Positions 5,741 to 10,913 of a stretch of 10,913 nt of DNA are shown here, piece by piece. How positions within the stretch are numbered: the stretch's first letter is position 1; each line of letters opens with the position of its first letter. Below the pieces are notes generated by a model, which had not been told where the DNA came from, did not search any database, and worked only from the letters and a program-made list of their open reading frames with translations. Source of the DNA: Candidatus Eiseniibacteriota bacterium (lineage in GTDB: Bacteria; ARS69); assembly GCA_052390515.1 (NCBI GenBank), contig JBQTGV010000219.1:1-10913 (forward strand), written 5' to 3'. Both the position numbers and the translations under genes were made by a program.

Positions 5741-7375
5741 GTGAGGGCCGCGTCGCCCCGCGCGCCGCGCACGCTGGTCGCGGCGGTACTCCTGGCCGCG
5801 TCGGTGGCAATTCCGTGCACGGCTTGGTGGGTCATGGGCTCGCGTTCCGTCGAGCGCGAGTCCCGGGATCTGGTCGCGGCCTCGCGGGCCGAGAGCGCAC
5901 GGTCGGCTGCGCGGCTGGCGGAACGCGTGCACGAGAGGCTCGCCTCGATCGAGCGCGCCGAGTCCCGCCGCCCCTACTACGAGTACAGCTACCGCTACCC
6001 GGACCTGAGCAAGAGCTGCGAGTGCTCGGGATGGATCGAGTCGCCGCTCGCGCGCGGGCCGGCCGACCCGTTCGTGGCCGCGCACTTCGAGATCGACCGG
6101 ACGCTCGCGCTGACGCTGCCCACCATGCCCGAGGGCTCCGATCCCGCTCCGCCTGACCCTTCGCCCGGAGACGGCGAGCTGCACGCGCGTCTGCAGCGGG
6201 CCGCCCCGGCGATGTGGCGCGCCGCGGGAAGCGGTTCCCGCAGCGCCGACGCCGTGTCCGCAAGCTGGGGCGACGTCTCCGCGCTCGTCGAGCCGTTCCG
6301 GTGGCACTCCCTCGCGGTGGAAGGCGTTCACCAGCTCGTCGCGCTGCGCTCCGTGTTCGCTCCGGAGGGTCTGCGCGTGCAGGGCTTCGTCGTCTCACTC
6401 GACGCGGTGCGCGAGTCCTTCGAGCCGGAGTCCGTCTCCGCGGTGCTCCGCCCCGCCGCTCCCGCCGACGGGTCCATCGTGGAACCGCTGGGGCTGGCCG
6501 GCGTCGACTGGGAAGTCGTGGTGAGCCCGGGCGGATCGGAAGTCAGCGCCGTGGCCGCCGCCGACGCGCTTCGCGGCCGGTTCCACCGGCAGTTCTGGAC
6601 CGGAACGGGCGCGGCCGCTCTCGCCGCGGCGCTCGTCGTCGGCCTGGTGGGAGGCGCCGAGCGTCTCGCCCGCGAGCGCTCCCGCTTCGCCGCGGCTGCC
6701 GCGCACGAGCTGCGAACGCCGCTCGCCGGACTGCGTCTCTACGGCGACATGCTCGCGCAGGGCCTCGGCGATCCCGGCGCCGGACGGGAGTACGCGCGGC
6801 AGATCGCGGCGGAGGCGGAGAGGCTCGGCCGCGTCGTGTCCAACGTGCTCGGGTACACGCGGCTGGAGCGCGGCGGTCCGCTCGTGCAGCCTGCGCCGGT
6901 GCTCCCCGGGGACGCCGTGCGGGAGGCGGCGGAGCGTCTTCGCCCCGCGGTCGAATCGAACGGCGCGCGCCTCGAGGTGCAGGTGGAAGATGGTCTCGCG
7001 GCAATACCCCTGGACGTCGACGCGCTGAACCAGATCGTGCAGAACCTGGTCGACAACGCCGAGCGCTACTCCCGGGACGCCGCCGACCGCACCATTCGCG
7101 TGGAGCTTCGCCGCGACGTGAAGCCGGGGGTCGTGCTCGTCGTCTCCGACCACGGCCCCGGCGTTCCGCCCCGTCACCGCCGCCGGCTGTTCCGCCCCTT
7201 CGCCTCGGGCGGCGAGCCGGACCGTCCCGCCGGGCTCGGCCTCGGGCTCACGCTCGTCGCCGCGCTGGCCGGAGCCCACCGCGGCAGCGTGTCCTACGCG
7301 GACGCTCCCGGCGGCGGCGCGGAGCTTCGCGTTTCCTTCCCCGGTGAGGTCGAGCTCCCGAGAGTGCGCTCCTGA
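5741..7375 (+). CDS. Membrane sensor histidine kinase (2 TM helices, extracytoplasmic sensor, HisKA, HATPase_c)
   Basis: H-box AAHELRTPL, N-box NLVDNAERY, G1 DHGPGV, F-box LFRPF, G2 GLGLGL. Two hydrophobic segments flank a large loop. GTG start 7 nt after the response regulator stop. Confidence 0.93.
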   Translation: MRAASPRAPRTLVAAVLLAASVAIPCTAWWVMGSRSVERESRDLVAASRAESARSAARLAERVHERLASIERAESRRPYYEYSYRYPDLSKSCECSGWIESPLARGPADPFVAAHFEIDRTLALTLPTMPEGSDPAPPDPSPGDGELHARLQRAAPAMWRAAGSGSRSADAVSASWGDVSALVEPFRWHSLAVEGVHQLVALRSVFAPEGLRVQGFVVSLDAVRESFEPESVSAVLRPAAPADGSIVEPLGLAGVDWEVVVSPGGSEVSAVAAADALRGRFHRQFWTGTGAAALAAALVVGLVGGAERLARERSRFAAAAAHELRTPLAGLRLYGDMLAQGLGDPGAGREYARQIAAEAERLGRVVSNVLGYTRLERGGPLVQPAPVLPGDAVREAAERLRPAVESNGARLEVQVEDGLAAIPLDVDALNQIVQNLVDNAERYSRDAADRTIRVELRRDVKPGVVLVVSDHGPGVPPRHRRRLFRPFASGGEPDRPAGLGLGLTLVAALAGAHRGSVSYADAPGGGAELRVSFPGEVELPRVRS

Positions 7376-7378
7376 GAG

Positions 7379-7403
7379 TACAATGGCGCCCTGCGAAGGG
7401 AGA
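7379..7403 (+). promoter_or_regulatory. Possible -10 element and RBS for the 5'-nucleotidase gene
   Basis: TACAAT at 7379-7384 and AAGGGAGA just before ATG 7406. No convincing -35. Confidence 0.35.
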
Positions 7404-7405
7404 CC

Positions 7406-8872
7406 ATGTCCACGAAGCCCGGTTCCACCGCCGAGGGCCGTCCGCCCGCGCCGGCACCCGCCCTGCTTCACGAGCGCGGCGTGTTCTGCAACCGCACGCT
7501 GAACCTCCGCTCGATCCGGACGATCGGGTACGACATGGACTACACGCTCGTGCACTACCGCGAGGACGAGTGGGAGCGGCGCGCCTACGAGCACACCCGC
7601 AAGAAGCTCCTGGACCGGGGATGGCCGGTCGGCGGCCTGCGCTTCGATCCCGACTCGGTGAGCCGCGGGCTGGCGCTGGATCTCGAGCTGGGCAATCTCG
7701 TCAAGGCGAACCGCTTCGGCTACGTGATCCGCGCCGCGCACGGAACGCGGCTGTTGGACTTCGACGAGCTGCGCCGCGTGTACGCGCGTACCATGGTGGA
7801 TCTCGCCGAGGACCGCTTCGAGTTCCTGAACACGCTCTTCTCGCTCTCTGAGTCGTGTCTCTTCGGGCAGCTCGTCGATCTGTACGACTCCGAGGGGCTG
7901 CCGGGGATGCACAGCTACGCCGCGCTTTACCGGGAGGTGCGGTCCTCGCTGGACGAGGCCCACATGGAAGGAACTTTGAAGAAGGAGATGCTGGCCGATC
8001 CGGACCGCTTCGTGGTGCTCGACGAGGACGTGCCCCTCACGCTGCTCGACCAGAAGGAGGCGGGCAAGAAGCTCCTGCTCATCACCAACTCGGAGTGGGA
8101 GTACGCGCGGGCGATCATGTCCTACGCGATGGACCGCTTCCTGCCGTCCGGCACGACCTGGCGCGACCTCTTCGACGTCGTCATCGTGTCGGCGCGCAAG
8201 CCCTCGTTCTTCGGACCCGGCAGCCCGCTCTACGAGATCGTCGACGAGGAACGTGGCTTCCTGCAGCCGGTCATCGGCGGCCTTCGCCAGGGCGGCATCT
8301 TCCACGGCGGGAGCGCCTTGGCCGTGGAGCGCCACCTGGGCCTCGCCGGGGACGACGTCCTCTACGTGGGCGATCACCTCTTCGCCGACGTGCGCGTGTC
8401 CAAGGCCGTGCTGCGCTGGCGCACCGCGCTCATCCTGCGCGAGCTGGAGGACGAGATGCGCGAGGTGGTTCGCTTCCAGGAGAAGCAGCCGGCCCTGCAC
8501 GCTCTCATGGAGGAAAAGGCCGCGCTCGAGCAAGAGATGTGTCAGCTGCGGCTGCGCAGCCAGCGCGTTCGGCGAAAGTACGGACCTGCCGACGACACGC
8601 GCGTTCCCGACCTGGACCGGCGCTTCTCGGCGCTCCGCGAGCAGGCCGTGGCTCTCGACGAACGCATCGCGCCGCTGGCCCGCGCTTCCAGCGAGATCGG
8701 CAGTCGCATCTGGGGCCCGTTGATGCGCGCCGGCAACGACAAAAGCCTCTTCGCCCGCCAGGTCGAGCGCTACGCGGACGTCTACACGTCCCGGGTGTCG
8801 AACTTCCTGCAGGCCACGCCGTTCGCCTTCCTGCGCGCCCCGCGGATGACCCTGCCGCACGACCCGAGCTAG
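7406..8872 (+). CDS. HAD-IG family 5'-nucleotidase (cytosolic IMP/GMP 5'-nucleotidase II-like)
   Basis: VFCNRTLNLRSI..IGYDMDYTL (motif I), LITNS (II), ARKP (III), YVGDHLFADV (IV), a helical coiled-coil segment, and C-terminal RYADVYTSRVSN...LPHD. Confidence 0.93.
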   Translation: MSTKPGSTAEGRPPAPAPALLHERGVFCNRTLNLRSIRTIGYDMDYTLVHYREDEWERRAYEHTRKKLLDRGWPVGGLRFDPDSVSRGLALDLELGNLVKANRFGYVIRAAHGTRLLDFDELRRVYARTMVDLAEDRFEFLNTLFSLSESCLFGQLVDLYDSEGLPGMHSYAALYREVRSSLDEAHMEGTLKKEMLADPDRFVVLDEDVPLTLLDQKEAGKKLLLITNSEWEYARAIMSYAMDRFLPSGTTWRDLFDVVIVSARKPSFFGPGSPLYEIVDEERGFLQPVIGGLRQGGIFHGGSALAVERHLGLAGDDVLYVGDHLFADVRVSKAVLRWRTALILRELEDEMREVVRFQEKQPALHALMEEKAALEQEMCQLRLRSQRVRRKYGPADDTRVPDLDRRFSALREQAVALDERIAPLARASSEIGSRIWGPLMRAGNDKSLFARQVERYADVYTSRVSNFLQATPFAFLRAPRMTLPHDPS

Positions 8873-8878
8873 GTCGCT

Positions 8879-10684
8879 ACGGGCACCGCACGCACCGCGG
8901 TCATCGCGGCGGCACTTTTCGTGATGACCGGCGTGGCGGCGCTCCTCCACGAGCGGGTCGTGTGCGTGGTGGCGGAGCGTCACCTGCTGCCGCACTGGGA
9001 CCCGGCCGCACACCTCCTCGACGGATGGATCGGCTGGTGGTCGCTCCGCACCATGCAGCCGCTGACCTTCCTCTGGAACTTCTGGGAGGAAGGACTCTGG
9101 CCGCCGGCCTACGCGCTCTGGCAGATCCCCTTCTACTTCGCGGCGGGGCCGGAGCTCACCTCCGGGCTCCTGGCGACGCTCGCCGCGTTCGTGCTGCTGG
9201 GCGTGACCGGCGCCCTGGTGCTGGTGCTGAGCTCGCCGAAGGGCGATACCGCGCTCGTGCCCGTTTCGCTCTGGCTCCTGCTGGTCACCACTTCGCCCTA
9301 CTACCTGGCGTACTCGTCGATCGGGATGATGGAGATGTTCGGGGCCTTCGCGCAGAGCCTCGTGTACCTCGCGTGGTCGGTGGAGCGGCGAAGACGCAGT
9401 CCGGCCTCGGGCCGGCTCTTCGCGCTGAGCCTGACGCTGCTCTTCTTCGCGAAGTACAACTACCTGGTGCTGTGCGCCGCCCCGATGCTCCTTCACGAGG
9501 TTCTCGAGCGCACGGCCGGCGCGTCCCTCGGCCGGCGTGTCGAGCTGGCGAAGAGCGCACTGCGGCGCGCGTGGGCTTCCCCGACGCTCGTGGCCGTGGC
9601 GCTCTACCTCGTGGCGCTGGCCGTCCTCGTCCGCTCCGGAGGCTTCGAGTTCCACGTGGCGGGCCACGAGGTGCAGGTGCGCCGCGTCGGGTCGACGGGG
9701 CACGTCGTGCTGCTCGCCGTGGGCGCGCGCCTCCTGTTCCTGCACCGGCGGGGCAGGATCGACTGGGCGTCCCTCTTCGCGAAGGACCGGCGCATCCGCC
9801 CGCTGCTGATCTGGTTCGTCCTGCCGGTGACCGTGTGGCTGCTCTCGCCCTACCCGAACCACCTGCGCGACTTCGTGGATCTCCTCGTCAACCAGCCGCA
9901 CGGCGTCGAGGGACTCGGTTCTTCCGTCGGGCTCTACGCACGGGCGCTCGGCCAGTACTTGCGCGGGACGCCGGAGCTCGTGATCACGCTCGTTCTGTTC
10001 GCGCTCGTCGGCGTCCGCTTCCGGCGATGCACTCCGCTCGCGCAGTTGATGTTCGTGACGGCGGCCGCGGGCTTCGCCCTGAGCGCGCTCCACCAGAACC
10101 GCCAGGAGCGCTTCCTCTTCACCACGGTCCTCCCGCTGTGGCTCGCGGCGGCGGCCGTGACCGTCGGGTGGTTCGGCGCCGGCATCTACCGCCGTGCGGT
10201 CGGCGCGGCCCTCGCCCTCGCGATGCTCGTGCAAACCGCGCGGGCGGTCCCCCCGCTGATCGACTCGGAGCCGTTCCGCGCGCGCGCGTTCGCCTTCTAC
10301 GTGGAGGGCGAAGAGATCCCGGCCGCGTTCGGCTGGCTGCGCGGGCGGCTCCCCCGTGACGGCCGGCTCGTCGTGCACGGGCGCGGCACTCGGTTCTCGC
10401 CGTCGTTGTTCGCCTGGGAGCTCGGTCCGCCCGCCGGGTTCGCGCGCTTCCCGGTCTGCTTGAACAACAGCGGTCCGGAGGACCGCACCGCGGCGAATCA
10501 TCTCCTGCTGATCGTGTCCACGGGCCCGGTCACGGACCCGGACATCGACCTGCACGACGACGTGCACCGGGAGCGCGTGCAGCGCCGCGTCGACCGGGGC
10601 GAGTTCGAGCCGGACGCCGTCCTCCCGCTCCCCGAATCGGGCCTCGAGTTCCGGCTCTACCGGGCGAGGGCCGGCGGCGAGTAG
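8879..10684 (+). CDS. Polytopic membrane protein, GT-C fold glycosyltransferase-like (PMT_2/ArnT/GT39-like); start uncertain (ACG 8879 vs GTG 8921/ATG 8924)
   Basis: First-loop P.WD.A.H motif, WPPAY, MMEMFG, FFAKYNY and QERF, many TM segments and a soluble C-terminal domain: the usual layout of lipid-phosphate-sugar-dependent transferases. The first TM helix begins upstream of the first canonical start. Confidence 0.7.
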   Translation, partial: TGTARTAVIAAALFVMTGVAALLHERVVCVVAERHLLPHWDPAAHLLDGWIGWWSLRTMQPLTFLWNFWEEGLWPPAYALWQIPFYFAAGPELTSGLLATLAAFVLLGVTGALVLVLSSPKGDTALVPVSLWLLLVTTSPYYLAYSSIGMMEMFGAFAQSLVYLAWSVERRRRSPASGRLFALSLTLLFFAKYNYLVLCAAPMLLHEVLERTAGASLGRRVELAKSALRRAWASPTLVAVALYLVALAVLVRSGGFEFHVAGHEVQVRRVGSTGHVVLLAVGARLLFLHRRGRIDWASLFAKDRRIRPLLIWFVLPVTVWLLSPYPNHLRDFVDLLVNQPHGVEGLGSSVGLYARALGQYLRGTPELVITLVLFALVGVRFRRCTPLAQLMFVTAAAGFALSALHQNRQERFLFTTVLPLWLAAAAVTVGWFGAGIYRRAVGAALALAMLVQTARAVPPLIDSEPFRARAFAFYVEGEEIPAAFGWLRGRLPRDGRLVVHGRGTRFSPSLFAWELGPPAGFARFPVCLNNSGPEDRTAANHLLLIVSTGPVTDPDIDLHDDVHRERVQRRVDRGEFEPDAVLPLPESGLEFRLYRARAGGE

Positions 10685-10691
10685 GCCCGGC

Positions 10692-10736
10692 GCTGCCACC
10701 GTGGCCGTCAGCGTGGCAGCCGCTGCCACATCGCCG
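10692..10736. promoter_or_regulatory. Cluster of TGCCA-N3-TGGCA-like palindromic boxes; candidate enhancer (UAS) for the dnaK sigma54 promoter
   Basis: TGCCA-CCG-TGGCC (10694-10706), CGTCA-GCG-TGGCA (10706-10718) and TGCCA-CAT-CGCCG (10724-10736). GTGGCAGC-C-GCTGCCAC (10713-10729) is a perfect palindrome. Confidence 0.5.
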
Positions 10737-10815
10737 GGGTGGAATCCGGCTCCCGGCACCGGCAGCACCGCACCGAAGCCAGTGCCGGCAAACGAGATAC
10801 GAACTCTGCCGCCTC

Positions 10816-10830
10816 GGGCACGCGTCTTGC
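10816..10830 (+). promoter_or_regulatory. Putative sigma54 (-24/-12) promoter of dnaK
   Basis: GGGCACGCGTCTTGC versus consensus TGGCACG-N4-TTGC. GG (10817-10818) and GC (10829-10830) are separated by exactly 10 nt, and the site ends 52 nt before the dnaK ATG. Confidence 0.68.
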
Positions 10831-10882
10831 GTTTCCTCGCCGCGTCGTATCTGCGGGGCTGACCCGAGCGAAGGGAGAACTC

Positions 10883-10913
10883 ATGGGAAAGATCATCGGC
10901 ATCGACCTCGGCA
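10883..10913 (+). CDS. dnaK: Molecular chaperone DnaK (Hsp70), 5' end only
   Basis: ATG 10883 reads MGKIIGIDLG, the canonical Hsp70 N-terminus, with SD AAGGGAG at 10871-10877. Only 10 codons are visible, so an Hsp70 paralogue cannot be excluded. Confidence 0.85.
   Translation, partial: MGKIIGIDLG

Noticed and set aside
7373-7408. TGA read-through fusing the kinase to the nucleotidase (same frame, no intervening stop)
   Set aside because: The nucleotidase has its own SD and ATG, both proteins look complete, and sharing a frame has a 1-in-3 chance.
7855-10359. 834-aa + strand alternative-frame ORF (also 648-1751, 6214-7347 and similar)
   Set aside because: Arg/Gly/Ala/Pro-rich off-frame translations typical of high-GC DNA, overlapping genes with clear family motifs.
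10692-10729. Intrinsic terminator after the GT-C gene
   Set aside because: Inverted repeats are present but there is no U-tract. They fit DNA-binding boxes better, though a dual role is possible.
6395-10768. 1457-aa minus-strand ORF
   Set aside because: Antisense shadow. The kinase, nucleotidase and GT-C genes all lie in the same + frame, so GC-rich codon bias keeps the mirror frame open. It has no recognisable motifs and fully overlaps well-supported genes.

Overview
High-GC (roughly 70% by eye) bacterial chromosomal segment. A C-terminal FlgD-Ig/T9SS-like sorting domain hints at an FCB-group lineage (inference). In order: the 3' end of a secreted-protein gene and its terminator; a sigma70-type promoter and a putative 3-gene operon (PLP-dependent alpha-oxoamine synthase of the BioF/Spt/Kbl family, an acetoacetate-decarboxylase-fold protein with His where the catalytic Lys is expected, and a class I SAM methyltransferase); a minus-strand pair (Yip1 membrane protein, TPR + minimal zincin); a ~320-bp divergent intergenic region containing a ~134-nt rod-like hairpin; an OmpR-type response regulator and sensor histidine kinase; a cN-II-type HAD-IG 5'-nucleotidase; a GT-C-like polytopic membrane protein that appears to need a non-canonical start; and a sigma54-type promoter with upstream palindromic boxes before the first codons of dnaK. 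I saw no mobile elements, CRISPR arrays, tRNA or rRNA genes. The best leads are the oxoamine synthase/Lys-less ADC/methyltransferase mini-cluster, the long structured intergenic element, the in-frame TAG/ACG junction before the GT-C gene, and the sigma54/enhancer architecture of dnaK.
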